From: Minisyncoccota bacterium
GTDB taxonomy: Bacteria > Patescibacteriota > Minisyncoccia > Phycocordibacterales > GWA1-40-21
Assembly: GCA_041674925.1 (NCBI GenBank)
Contig: JBAYUW010000003.1
Span: 2,042 to 66,041, forward strand
Reading direction: 5' to 3'
Length of the DNA: 64,000 nucleotides
The notes beneath the pieces are model-generated. The model did not search any database. It had not been told where the DNA came from and saw only the letters and a list, made by a program, of their open reading frames with translations. How positions within the stretch are numbered: the first letter of the stretch is position 1; every line of letters starts with the position of its first letter. Positions 9,898-19,873 of this stretch are shown here, in pieces. The translations under genes were made by a program, and so were the position numbers.

Positions 9898-10134
9898 TTA
9901 AGCCAAATGTTTATTCAAAAACGCCCGACCGGATCCGGATTTTAAATATTTTTCAAAATTAAAGGCCTTGTATTTATTTGCAAATGCAGTATAAGAGACC
10001 AGTATCATTGGTCGACGATTAATCGTGGCTGGCACGTATCCTTTATTATGCCGATTTAGCCTCTCTCTTAAATCTTCGGTGCAACCCGTATAGGGTTTCC
10101 CATCTACACACTTTAATATATAAACATAATACAT
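9898..10134 (-). CDS. Small GIY-YIG nuclease family protein
   Basis: YYVYILK..PYTGCTEDLRERLNRHN..FEKYLKSG. Confidence 0.9.
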   Translation of the reverse strand: MYYVYILKCVDGKPYTGCTEDLRERLNRHNKGYVPATINRRPMILVSYTAFANKYKAFNFEKYLKSGSGRAFLNKHLA

Positions 10135-10214
10135 AACCGCCATTTTAGTGGCGATCAAGTCTAGAAAAATATCGAGGGGATGTCAACTGTGGATAAGTTG
10201 ACCGGCAAGTCTCT

Positions 10215-10276
10215 CCTTCGCGACGATCTACTGGCGGACATTGTCCGCCGTAGCTCGTCGCTTCGGCGAGCGAAGG
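10215..10276. repeat. REP-like nested palindrome at the tRNA-Ser 3' end
   Basis: CCTTCGC/GCGAAGG, CGACGA/TCGTCG, CTAC/GTAG, GGCGGACA/TGTCCGCC arms. Confidence 0.7.
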
Positions 10277-10363
10277 CGGAGCCGGCTGGATTCGAACCAG
10301 CGAGGGCGATTAAACCCTGCCTCTTTAGCAAAGAGGTACATTAGACCACTCTGACACGGCTCC
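10277..10363 (-). tRNA. tRNA-Ser(GCU)
   Basis: GGAGCCG/CGGCTCC acceptor, CCTCT TT GCT AA AGAGG, long variable arm, G73. Confidence 0.93.
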
Positions 10364-10461
10364 ATGGGGATAATCTAACATAATTGTTCCAATAAATCTA
10401 TAACTATGCTATACTACTCTAAGTAGTATTTATTAATTTATTAGCTTAATTAAGTAAAAAT

Positions 10462-10716
10462 ATGGCAAAAAGTAATTCGGCGTTTATGCAACCAAAGAAT
10501 TTGAGTGCAGAATTGGAGGCGGTCGTTGGCAAGGGTCCAATGCCAAGATCAGAAATTGTTTCCAAGCTTTGGGTTTACATCAAGGGTAATAATCTCCAAG
10601 ATACCAAAGACAAGAGGATTGTCGTTTGCGATGAGAAATTGCAAAAAGTTTTCGGTGGTGAAAAGACCGTTCATATGATGAAAATGGCGGGACATATCTC
10701 CAAACACCTATCTTAA
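10462..10716 (+). CDS. SWIB/MDM2 domain protein
   Basis: LSAELEAVVG..PRSEIVSKLWVYIKGNNLQD..ICDEKLQKVFG-like SWIB pattern. Confidence 0.92.
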   Translation: MAKSNSAFMQPKNLSAELEAVVGKGPMPRSEIVSKLWVYIKGNNLQDTKDKRIVVCDEKLQKVFGGEKTVHMMKMAGHISKHLS

Positions 10717-10736
10717 ATCTTAAATAAATTTTGATT

Positions 10737-10768
10737 AAAAAAGCCACCACGATGAAGGTGGCTTTTTT
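10737..10768. terminator. Intrinsic terminator after SWIB gene
   Basis: AAAAAAGCCACC-acgatgaa-GGTGGCTTTTTT. Confidence 0.75.
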
Positions 10769-10846
10769 AATATTTAATTATATGAGATAATAGTAAGAGG
10801 TAGGCTAAGTAAATTAGCTTTTTATAAAACTAATAAAAATTTTATT

Positions 10847-12043
10847 ATGAAAAAAATATTATTAACAGCATTCTTTTTAACGATCGCTTTTTCGGCGGTT
10901 GAGGCTGGTGCCGCCACTAACTGTAATTTCACTCGAGATTTGGAAGTCGGCGTCGTCGGTGAAGACGTTCGTTGTTTGCAGAAATATTTAAACGGAGCGG
11001 GCTTCACGATTGCCGCTGCTGGTGTCGGATCACCTGGCAATGAGACTAGTATTTTTAAAGATCTGACCAAGGAGGCTGTCTATAAATGGCAACTAGCCAA
11101 CGCCGTGTCGCCAGCGACTGGCTATTTTGGTTCTCTGTCTCGCGCAAAATATAATCAGGTTGTCGGTGGTTCAACTGGTGTGACATCATCGAATGTGAAT
11201 GCTTCACCAAGTGCTATGATCACTGATTTAAATAGTCAGATTGTTTCTTTGAAGGCACAACTGGCGACCGCTCAAGCCGGAACAAAATCGACTTCTGCGG
11301 AGGAGAAAAAAGCTAGTGATCAAATCAAAAAAGCTCTAGATATGATCCAAGACGCTGAAGATCAGATTGATGATTCAGATGAAGATACAACCACGGCGGA
11401 AGATAATTTTGATGATGCTAAAGCCGATTTCTTTGATGCCGTTGAAGCTTATTTCGAAAATGATTTTGAACAAGCTTTTGATTCAGCCGAGGATGCATAT
11501 AAAAACGCTGAGGATGCCTTTGAAGATGCCGGTGGTGAATCATTAGAGGATGAAGCCGATCAGGCGATTGAAGATGCAGAAAATGCTATAGATGATGCTG
11601 AAATAGAAATCGAAAAAGCAGATGATAATGACGAAGACGTCGATGAATCTGAAGATTTGTTAGACCAAGCTAGAGACGTTCTGGACGAAGCGCAAGATGC
11701 CTTTGATGATGAAGATTATGACACCGCTCAAGATTTGGCCGATGATGCCGCTGATTTAGCAGAAGATGCTATTGATGCGATTGGTGAGAGTAGCGACAAA
11801 GATGATGCCAAGAGCGCAATAAATGATGCTGAGGATGCAATTGATGAGGCGCAGGATGACATCGATATTGCTGAAGAAGATGGCGAGAATGTGAGTGATG
11901 CCCTAGATTTTCTTGATGAGGCAAGGGAAAAATTAGATTCAGCCGAAGAGAATTACGATAATGGTGATTATGCTGATGCTGAAGATGATGCTAGTGATGC
12001 TCTGGATTTAGTTGATGATGCTTTGGGTGAGATTGAGAACTAG
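10847..12043 (+). CDS. Secreted protein: peptidoglycan-binding-like domain plus very acidic helical repeat tail
   Basis: Signal peptide; FTRDLEVG..DVRCLQKYLN..TGYFGSLSR; long D/E/A-rich repeats. Confidence 0.8.
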   Translation: MKKILLTAFFLTIAFSAVEAGAATNCNFTRDLEVGVVGEDVRCLQKYLNGAGFTIAAAGVGSPGNETSIFKDLTKEAVYKWQLANAVSPATGYFGSLSRAKYNQVVGGSTGVTSSNVNASPSAMITDLNSQIVSLKAQLATAQAGTKSTSAEEKKASDQIKKALDMIQDAEDQIDDSDEDTTTAEDNFDDAKADFFDAVEAYFENDFEQAFDSAEDAYKNAEDAFEDAGGESLEDEADQAIEDAENAIDDAEIEIEKADDNDEDVDESEDLLDQARDVLDEAQDAFDDEDYDTAQDLADDAADLAEDAIDAIGESSDKDDAKSAINDAEDAIDEAQDDIDIAEEDGENVSDALDFLDEAREKLDSAEENYDNGDYADAEDDASDALDLVDDALGEIEN

Positions 12044-12720
12044 TGAGCCAGGGCCAAGCATAGTATTTTTTGAGCACCGGCGGACTGTAGGGTCTTGATT
12101 GCTTCTGACATGGTCGCGCCGGTGGTGATCACATCGTCGATAATAAAGAAAGAATAATTTTCTATATCTTTGTATTTATTATTGACAGTGAAACAGTCTT
12201 TGAGATTCTCAATTCTCTTTTGACGGCTTTTGGTGCGGGCCTGATGAGCGGTTTCTTCTTTCTTAATTAATAAATCTTCGAGCAGGGTAAAATTTTTGGT
12301 CTGATGTTCGTTGTCGATTTTGATTAATTCTCGAGCAAGTAAAACACATTGATTAAAACCCCGTTCTTTTTGTCTTGATTTTGAAGAGGGAATAGGGATT
12401 AAAACAATGTTTTGAAAACCATGAAAGTCTTGTAGATCGCCCAGTTCGTCAATGATAAATTCGTAGAGTAGTAAAGCAAAATCACGGATTAATTTTTTAT
12501 TGCCCCGAAATTTTATTTCCCAAATCGCCTGGCGACAGAGTTGCTGACGGTAACTGAATAGAGCGCGCATTTGATTATCGAGCAGTTGAGCCGGTGTCAG
12601 TTGTTCAAATAATCCAGTTGGACCGAGAGACTCCAAAAGTTTTACTAATTTTTCTTTTGGTAAAAGAAAATCAGCCAGCTTGTCGAGTATTTTTTCCAGA
12701 TATGTTATAATATTGAGCAT
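12040..12720 (-). CDS. comF: ComF family phosphoribosyltransferase-domain competence protein
   Basis: LIPIP..RQKERGFNQ, R..NLKDCF, IIDDVITTGATM. Confidence 0.9.
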   Translation of the reverse strand: MLNIITYLEKILDKLADFLLPKEKLVKLLESLGPTGLFEQLTPAQLLDNQMRALFSYRQQLCRQAIWEIKFRGNKKLIRDFALLLYEFIIDELGDLQDFHGFQNIVLIPIPSSKSRQKERGFNQCVLLARELIKIDNEHQTKNFTLLEDLLIKKEETAHQARTKSRQKRIENLKDCFTVNNKYKDIENYSFFIIDDVITTGATMSEAIKTLQSAGAQKILCLALAH

Positions 12721-12734
12721 AAGTAGTATAAACT

Positions 12735-13859
12735 ATGTCTAATCTTCTTGACTCATTAAAAAATATTTTTCAAAACGATAAGAACAAAAGTGTTTTGGGT
12801 ATTGATATTGGTCCATCATCAATCAAGGTGGTGCAACTAAAGAAAAGAAAGGGACGTGCCATTCTGGAAACTTACGGAGAGCTATCCCTGGGTCCTTATG
12901 CCGGTATCGAAATCGGTCGCTCGACCAGTTTGCCGACCGAAAAAATCGCCGAAGCGGTGATCGATGTTTTACGCGAGTCCAATACTACCACAAATCGTTG
13001 TGGCATTTCCATCCCTATGGGTTCGAGTCTGGTGTCTTTTATAAAATTGCCAAAAGTGGATGATAAACAGTTGGCTCAAATGATTCCTCTTGAGGCCCGT
13101 AAATATATTCCAGTGCCAATCTCCGAGGTCAGCTTGGACTATTTGGTTATTCCTCGCAATGAAAGCACCGCCTCCGAATATCAAAACAGTGAACAAAAAC
13201 CAGAAGAAAAAACCATCGACGTTTTATTGGTCGTGATTCACAATGATGCGATGGAGAAAAATCGCGAGATTACTCGCTTAGCCAAACTTGATACGGCTTT
13301 TTCTGAGATCGAAATCTTTGGTTCGATGCGTTCAGTGCTTGAGCCCGGAACAGCACCCCAGATGATTATCGATTTCGGCTCTAATTCTACTAAAATTTAT
13401 ATTATCGAACGGGGCATCTTGAGGACGTCTCACTTAATTAGTCGTGGTTCTCAAGATATTACTTTGGCGATTTCTAAATCGCTCGGTATTAGCGTTGATG
13501 AAGCAGAAAAAATGAAACGCGAACGCGGCCTTTTAAAGAAAAGTACGGATCAAATGGATATCAATGAAATTACATCTTTAACTCTCGATTATATTTTTTC
13601 AGAAATCGGCCGAGTCTTACTCAATTATCAAAAGAAAACCGAAAGAAATGTCAGCAAGGTCTTCTTGACCGGTGGGGGAGTTTTACTAAAAGGTTTGAAA
13701 GAAAAAGCTGAGTCCAGTTTTAATGTGCCGGTGGAAATGGCTGACCCCTTTTCTAAGGTTGAATTCCCAGCCTTTTTGGAGACTATCCTAAAGCAAGCGG
13801 GTCCGTCTTTCGCGGTGGCAATCGGTCTAGCCTTGCGCCGTCTGCAAGATGTGAATTAA
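12735..13859 (+). CDS. pilM: Type IV pilus assembly protein PilM
   Basis: LGIDIGPSSIKVVQL, EARKYIP, FLTGGG, FAVAIGLALR. Confidence 0.92.
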   Translation: MSNLLDSLKNIFQNDKNKSVLGIDIGPSSIKVVQLKKRKGRAILETYGELSLGPYAGIEIGRSTSLPTEKIAEAVIDVLRESNTTTNRCGISIPMGSSLVSFIKLPKVDDKQLAQMIPLEARKYIPVPISEVSLDYLVIPRNESTASEYQNSEQKPEEKTIDVLLVVIHNDAMEKNREITRLAKLDTAFSEIEIFGSMRSVLEPGTAPQMIIDFGSNSTKIYIIERGILRTSHLISRGSQDITLAISKSLGISVDEAEKMKRERGLLKKSTDQMDINEITSLTLDYIFSEIGRVLLNYQKKTERNVSKVFLTGGGVLLKGLKEKAESSFNVPVEMADPFSKVEFPAFLETILKQAGPSFAVAIGLALRRLQDVN

Positions 13860-13913
13860 ACTTGCTTAAACTCTGGCTTTTATTTTGCTTTGATATTATA
13901 ATAATAGAAGAAT

Positions 13914-14507
13914 ATGGAAACTAAAATGCAGACATCTTTCATACCGAAAAAACCGATCGTCGAAAGTCGATCCGAAGGTTCTGGTATCAGTCTATTTTTA
14001 CTACTAGCGATTATTATTTTTATTGTCAGTGTCGCCCTGTGTGGTGGGGTGTGGATTTGGCAAAAATCTTTGGTCGGACAAATCGAAAAAGATAAAGCCG
14101 ATCTAGAAGCTGCTCGGGCGTCTTATGAAGAAGGGGCCATCAATGATTTGATTCGTCTCGACAGTCGCATCAATGTTTCAAATGATCTATTAGATCGACA
14201 CATTGCCATTTCGCCGATTTTTGTTTTACTCGAGCAAAATATTCTAAAAAATGTTCAGTTAAAAACAATGAAGTTTAGTCTAGGGGCCAACAATCAAATC
14301 AAACTCGACCTAGCTGGAAATGCCAGAAATTACGATGCTCTATTAAAACAGGCTGATGCTTTGGGTACCAACGACTTGAAAGAGTTTTTATATCAACCGG
14401 TCGTTTCAGATTTTAATCCGACAGAGAATGGTACAATCGCTTTCAATTTTACTGCCTTACTGACACCGAAACTGATTTCTTATCAAGAAAAACTTTCGCC
14501 ACAATAA
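13914..14507 (+). CDS. PilN-like alignment protein
   Basis: Single N-terminal TM, QTSFIPKK motif, follows pilM. Confidence 0.7.
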   Translation: METKMQTSFIPKKPIVESRSEGSGISLFLLLAIIIFIVSVALCGGVWIWQKSLVGQIEKDKADLEAARASYEEGAINDLIRLDSRINVSNDLLDRHIAISPIFVLLEQNILKNVQLKTMKFSLGANNQIKLDLAGNARNYDALLKQADALGTNDLKEFLYQPVVSDFNPTENGTIAFNFTALLTPKLISYQEKLSPQ

Positions 14508-14511
14508 AAAT

Positions 14512-15075
14512 ATGAATTTTATTACCCCAATTATTTTAATTATCATTTCGATCGCCGCTTTCTTTGGCTATGTCGATCCTACCTATCGTGGCTCAGATGC
14601 CAACCCAGAGAGGAGAAGTGTTCAGAGTTTACTGGCTGAGGATGCTGAGTATCAAAAAGCTCTGACCGATACTCAATCGATTCGAGAAAATCGTGATCGC
14701 TTACAAAATATTAGTAATAGTTTTGACCCAGTTCAGCTCGAAAAGCTAGAAAAATTATTGCCAAATAATATCGACAATATTAAATTAGTGATGGATATGA
14801 ATCAGATTGCCAATATCCACAACCTGATTTTAAAGAATATTAAATTAGATACCGCTACCAAGGCCGATTCCAGCAAACTTGGCACTGATAATAATCCATA
14901 TGGCACCGTCGGTTTATCTTTCTCAGTGACTGCGTCCTATGATAATTTTCAAAATTTCTTAACTGATTTAGAGAGAAGTTTGCGTTTGGTGGATATCGTC
15001 GATCTTTCGGTGAGTGCCAATGATACAGGCCTCTATGAATTTGCCGTCAGTCTGAAAACTTATTGGCTAAAATAA
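14512..15075 (+). CDS. pilO: PilO-like alignment protein
   Basis: TM, coiled coil, LLP, ASYDNFQNFLTDLERSLRL. Confidence 0.78.
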   Translation: MNFITPIILIIISIAAFFGYVDPTYRGSDANPERRSVQSLLAEDAEYQKALTDTQSIRENRDRLQNISNSFDPVQLEKLEKLLPNNIDNIKLVMDMNQIANIHNLILKNIKLDTATKADSSKLGTDNNPYGTVGLSFSVTASYDNFQNFLTDLERSLRLVDIVDLSVSANDTGLYEFAVSLKTYWLK

Positions 15076-15080
15076 ATTTT

Positions 15081-15416
15081 ATGACCCAAAAAATTAAACA
15101 AATAATTATCGCCGTCATCGTGATTATCGTAGCTTTTGTCGGCTTCAAGATGTTTTTCGGTAATAGTTCTGATGAGGCGCTGGTGGAGGATAAAGCTTCT
15201 TCTGCCCAATTCGTCGATGGTCAAGCGATTTTGTTTTTGCTCGGTAAATTAAATCAAGTCACTCTAGATACTTCAATTTTTACCAGTAGTGTTTTTACTA
15301 GTCTAGAAAGTTTTGAACGACCAGTAGAAGATCAAGCCATCAGTCGAAACAATCCCTTTGCTCCAATTGGGGTTGAAAATCAGGTTGTCAAAACTGCAAC
15401 CAGCACCACGCGATAA
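15081..15416 (+). CDS. Pilus-cluster membrane protein (PilP-position hypothetical)
   Basis: N-terminal TM, RNNPFAP motif, operon position. Confidence 0.65.
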   Translation: MTQKIKQIIIAVIVIIVAFVGFKMFFGNSSDEALVEDKASSAQFVDGQAILFLLGKLNQVTLDTSIFTSSVFTSLESFERPVEDQAISRNNPFAPIGVENQVVKTATSTTR

Positions 15417-15424
15417 AATTTAAT

Positions 15425-17164
15425 ATGAGCATATTAGACATCTTAGCCCAAAAAGACATAATCAAGAAAGGCGATGTGGCAAGAATCAAAACCGAGGCTG
15501 AATCAGCCGGTGTGCCAGTCGAACAGATCTTGATGAAAAAAGGCATCAATGAGGATGCTGTTTTGGATGCCAAGGGTCAATATTATAATATTCCCACTAG
15601 AAATCTGGAGGGTATGGAAATTCCTTTTGCGGTTTTAAAAAATATTTCTGAAGACTCAGCTCGTCATTACAGTTTTGTGCCGATTGCTGTGAAAGATGGC
15701 TTGCTTGAAGTGGGAATAGTAGATCCAGAAAATATTGAAGCTCGTGATGCCTTAAACTTTATTTCCAGCAAAGTCGGCTTACCATTCAAGTTATATCTGA
15801 TTTCCATGTCAGATTTCGAAAAAGTTTTAGATGATTATAAAGGCCTTTCCGGTGAAGTCACCAAAGCCTTGTCGGAGTTGGAGACTGAATTATCTGAAGA
15901 TGTCGATGGGGTAGAGATGAGTACGGCGGCGTCTCAAGAGGATCCACTCGAAACTAAAATCGTTGAAGATGCGCCAGTGACAAAAATCGTGGCGACGATG
16001 TTGCGATATGCGACCGAGGGCAACGCTTCGGATATTCACGTCGAACACATGAAAGACAAAGTCCGGGTCCGTTTTCGCGTCGATGGAGTTTTAAATACTA
16101 GTTTGCTTTTGCCGGCGACGGTTCATTCGGCGGTGATTGCTCGAATCAAAATTTTGTCCAATATGAAATTGGATGAAAAGAGAAAGCCTCAAGACGGGCG
16201 TTTCTCGGCCAAAATTGATGGTCGCAAAATAGATTTTCGTGTTTCCACCTTCCCAGCTTATTACGGTGAAAAAATCGTGATGAGAATCTTGGATCAGGAA
16301 AAAGGCGTGCAGACACTCGACAAGATTGGCTTATCTGAAACAAACCTTGGTTATATTCGCGATGCTATCACTCGACCTTATGGTATGATTTTGATTTCCG
16401 GTCCGACTGGTTCGGGAAAAACTACGACGATGTATTCTATGCTCGGGGAGATTGATAAAGAGGGATTAAACGTTTTATCTTTGGAAGATCCGATTGAGTA
16501 CAATATTGACGGTGTCTCACAATCACAGATTTTTTCTGATATTGGTTACACTTTTGCCACCGGTTTGCGTACCACTCTTCGTCAAGATCCCGACGTGATC
16601 ATGGTGGGAGAGATTCGTGATAAAGAAACGGCTCAGCTTGCCGTGCAGGCGGCTTTGACTGGTCACTTGGTTTTGGCTACGATTCACACAAATAATTCCG
16701 TCGGTGTTATTCCACGTTTGATTGATATGGGCGTCGATCCATTCTTGATTGCGCCAACTTTGATTTTGACCATGGCTCAGCGTTTGGTCAGAACTTTATA
16801 TACTGGAACTGGTAAAGCTGTGCCGGTGGAAGGTAGCACCAAGGCGATGCTCGATCGACAGTTTGCTGATTTACCGGAAGAGTATAAAAGTAAACTACCA
16901 AAATTTGAAAATATTTATGAACCAGAATCAACCGCCGAGTGTCCAACTGGTACTAAAGGCCGAGTGGCGGTATTTGAGGCTTTTAAAATGAATAAAGAAA
17001 TTGAGAAACTAATTCTGACCAATCCAACCGCTACCGCAATCTTTGAGTCATTACGAAAGAAAGGAATGTTGACAATGAAAGAAGATGCCATTATTAAGGC
17101 CCTAAACAAGCAGATTCCTTTCAGCGAGGTGGACAGTTTGGGCTTGATGGAAGAGGAAGTTTAA
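15425..17164 (+). CDS. pilB: Type IV pilus assembly ATPase PilB/GspE
   Basis: ASDIH, RFRVDG, PQDGRF, GPTGSGKT, LRQDPDVIMVGEIRD. Confidence 0.93.
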   Translation: MSILDILAQKDIIKKGDVARIKTEAESAGVPVEQILMKKGINEDAVLDAKGQYYNIPTRNLEGMEIPFAVLKNISEDSARHYSFVPIAVKDGLLEVGIVDPENIEARDALNFISSKVGLPFKLYLISMSDFEKVLDDYKGLSGEVTKALSELETELSEDVDGVEMSTAASQEDPLETKIVEDAPVTKIVATMLRYATEGNASDIHVEHMKDKVRVRFRVDGVLNTSLLLPATVHSAVIARIKILSNMKLDEKRKPQDGRFSAKIDGRKIDFRVSTFPAYYGEKIVMRILDQEKGVQTLDKIGLSETNLGYIRDAITRPYGMILISGPTGSGKTTTMYSMLGEIDKEGLNVLSLEDPIEYNIDGVSQSQIFSDIGYTFATGLRTTLRQDPDVIMVGEIRDKETAQLAVQAALTGHLVLATIHTNNSVGVIPRLIDMGVDPFLIAPTLILTMAQRLVRTLYTGTGKAVPVEGSTKAMLDRQFADLPEEYKSKLPKFENIYEPESTAECPTGTKGRVAVFEAFKMNKEIEKLILTNPTATAIFESLRKKGMLTMKEDAIIKALNKQIPFSEVDSLGLMEEEV

Positions 17165-17203
17165 GTGTGATATAATTAGGGAATATTAAATAAAATAAAA
17201 AAT

Positions 17204-17608
17204 ATGGAAACTAAATTACCAAAGGTTTTGATCGTTGACGATGACAAATTTTTGTTGAATATGTACTCGATAAAATTCAGCAAGAATGGTTTTGAGGTTG
17301 CTTCGGCTGCTTCTGGTGAGGAGGCGCTTGGTAAGATAAAAGGAGGCTATACACCAGACATTATATTACTCGATATTGTGATGCCGGGGATGGATGGTTT
17401 TGGTATTTTAGAGACCCTTCGTAAAGAAAATCTAGCTTCCACCGCTGCGGTGATCATGCTTACTAATCAAGGTCAATTGTCTGATATTGAAAAAGCCAAA
17501 AGTTTTGGAACGAGTGGTTATATTATCAAAGCCACCACGATTCCCTCAGAAGTCGTGGAAGAAGTAATTCGTATTTATAATTTACAAAAAAATACAATAA
17601 CCAAGTAA
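17204..17608 (+). CDS. Single-domain response regulator
   Basis: LIVDDD, LLDIVMPGMDG, IMLTN. Confidence 0.92.
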   Translation: METKLPKVLIVDDDKFLLNMYSIKFSKNGFEVASAASGEEALGKIKGGYTPDIILLDIVMPGMDGFGILETLRKENLASTAAVIMLTNQGQLSDIEKAKSFGTSGYIIKATTIPSEVVEEVIRIYNLQKNTITK

Positions 17609-17609
17609 T

Positions 17610-18671
17610 ATGATAGATTACAAAGCTTATTTAATGGATTTAATTAAGACGGTGGTAGGCGAAGGGGCTTCTGACCTACACGTGTCTGAGGGCCGACACC
17701 CAACCATACGCGTTTCTGGTATGCTTTTACCTTTGGTCAAGCACGCAGTTTTAAGTAAAGAAGATACGGCTGGATTATTGTCTGAACTTTTATCACCGCA
17801 GAATAAAGAAATATTTTACTCGACCAAGGAAATCGATTTTTCTTACAGTGCGCTCGATGCTCGTTTTCGAGGTAATGCTTTTTTTCAACAAGGTGCGGTA
17901 TCGATTGCTCTACGTCTGGTTCCTAAAAAAATCAGAACTTTTGAGGAGTTGAATTTACCTGAAATTTTGAAAACTTTCGCCGAGAAACAGCAGGGATTCT
18001 TTTTGGTTGTCGGTCCCGTCGGTCATGGAAAAAGTACCACCTTGGCGGCCATGCTGGATTATGTCAATAACAGTCGGGCTGAACACATTTTGACCATCGA
18101 AGATCCAATCGAATATATTTATGAACAAAAAAGATCGGTTGTTGATCAAAGAGAAGTTCGTATTGATACTACCGATTTTGCCAACGCTTTGAAGAGTATG
18201 TTTCGTGAGGACGTGGATGTGGTCTTGATTGGAGAAATGCGCGGAACAGAAACTATTTCAACCGCCGTGACTGCGGCAGAGACCGGGCATTTGGTTTTTT
18301 CAACTTTACATACTAATAGCGCTAGCCAGACTATTGATCGAATTATCGACTCTTTCCCTGGTAGTCAACAAGATCAAATTCGCAGTCAATTATCTAGTAG
18401 CTTGAATGGTATTTTCTCTCAGCGTTTGGTACCGAGGATTTCTGGTGGACTTGTTCCGGCTTATGAATTATTGATAAACAATAGCGCCGTTTCAAACTTG
18501 ATTCGTGAAAAAAGAACACATGAAATAAATACCGTCATTGAGACCAGTTCACAAGAGGGAATGGTGGATATGAACCGCTGTTTAGCTGATTTGGTCGCCC
18601 GCGGTGAAATTACGATTGAAAATGCTTACTTATATTCCAATAATCCTAAAACTCTCGAAAGATTACTATGA
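17610..18671 (+). CDS. pilT: Retraction ATPase PilT
   Basis: ASDLH, GPVGHGKST, TIEDPIE, AAETGHLVFSTLHT. Confidence 0.93.
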   Translation: MIDYKAYLMDLIKTVVGEGASDLHVSEGRHPTIRVSGMLLPLVKHAVLSKEDTAGLLSELLSPQNKEIFYSTKEIDFSYSALDARFRGNAFFQQGAVSIALRLVPKKIRTFEELNLPEILKTFAEKQQGFFLVVGPVGHGKSTTLAAMLDYVNNSRAEHILTIEDPIEYIYEQKRSVVDQREVRIDTTDFANALKSMFREDVDVVLIGEMRGTETISTAVTAAETGHLVFSTLHTNSASQTIDRIIDSFPGSQQDQIRSQLSSSLNGIFSQRLVPRISGGLVPAYELLINNSAVSNLIREKRTHEINTVIETSSQEGMVDMNRCLADLVARGEITIENAYLYSNNPKTLERLL

Positions 18672-19873
18672 TTTTCAAATATAAAGCCATTGATAATACT
18701 GGTCAGCCAAAAGAAGGCACAATCGAAGCCGTCAGTATGGAGGTGGCCATCAGTTCTCTGCAAAAAAGAGAATTAGTTTTGTCTAATATCAGTCCGGTTG
18801 ACGAAAAATCTTTTCTTGAAAAAAATATTTCTTTCTTTGATCGAGTATCCAATAAAGACATTGTGATCTTGTCTCGTCAGATGGCGACCTTGTTCGAGGC
18901 TCAAGTTTCAGCCTTACGAGTCTTCGAACTTCTATCCACTCAGTCCGAAAATCCCTCCCTGAGGAGAAAACTCGGTGAAGTGGCGAGCGATCTGCAAGCC
19001 GGTAATACCATTTCTGAGGCCCTAGCGAAACATCCGGATATTTTTTCCGAATTCTATGTCAACATGGTTAAATCAGGCGAAGAATCAGGAAAATTGGATC
19101 AAACTCTATTGTATTTGGCTGACTATCTGGATCGTACGCATGAAGTCACCTCCAAGGTAAAAAGCGCTTTGATTTATCCAGCCTTCATCGTTTTCACTTT
19201 TGTGGCTGTGATGGTTTTGATGCTCACCGTGGTGATTCCAAAAATCAGTGCGATTTTGACTGATTCCGGACAAGCCATACCGGTTTATACTCAAATTGTT
19301 CTCGGTATTTCAGGTTTCTTTGTGAATTACGGTGTTTTGATCTTGATTATTTTAGTCGTGGGCGGTTTCTTTTTCTGGCGCTATAGTCGCACCGAGGCAG
19401 GGCAGTATTCGATTGATCGATTTAAAATTTCCATGCCGGCTTTTCAGGTTTTGTATCGTAAATTATATTTGTCTAGGATTGCTGACAATATGAATGTGAT
19501 GCTTCTGTCGGGCATCCCAATCGTTCGCGGTTTGGATTTGACGTCCAAGATTGTGGATAATAAAGTGTTTGAAGATGTATTAAAAAAAGCTACAGAAGAT
19601 GTGAAAACTGGTAATTCGATTTCGGATGCGATGATGAAGTCTAGCGAAATTCCTGGTATTTTTATTCAAATGGTGAAAATTGGTGAGGAAACCGGACAGC
19701 TTGGAAATATTCTAAAAACTTTAGCCGCCTTTTATCGTCGAGAGGTGATCAATGCTATCGATGCCTTGGTGGGCCTCATCGAACCAGTCATGATTGTCTT
19801 TTTGGGCTTTGGCGTGGCTTTTCTTTTAGCCTCAGTTCTAATTCCAATTTACAATATTTCGTCAGCGATGTAG
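18668..19873 (+). CDS. pilC: Platform protein PilC/GspF
   Basis: SRQMATL, GEESGKLD, ALIYP, GEETGQL, LIEP. Confidence 0.93.
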   Translation: MIFKYKAIDNTGQPKEGTIEAVSMEVAISSLQKRELVLSNISPVDEKSFLEKNISFFDRVSNKDIVILSRQMATLFEAQVSALRVFELLSTQSENPSLRRKLGEVASDLQAGNTISEALAKHPDIFSEFYVNMVKSGEESGKLDQTLLYLADYLDRTHEVTSKVKSALIYPAFIVFTFVAVMVLMLTVVIPKISAILTDSGQAIPVYTQIVLGISGFFVNYGVLILIILVVGGFFFWRYSRTEAGQYSIDRFKISMPAFQVLYRKLYLSRIADNMNVMLLSGIPIVRGLDLTSKIVDNKVFEDVLKKATEDVKTGNSISDAMMKSSEIPGIFIQMVKIGEETGQLGNILKTLAAFYRREVINAIDALVGLIEPVMIVFLGFGVAFLLASVLIPIYNISSAM

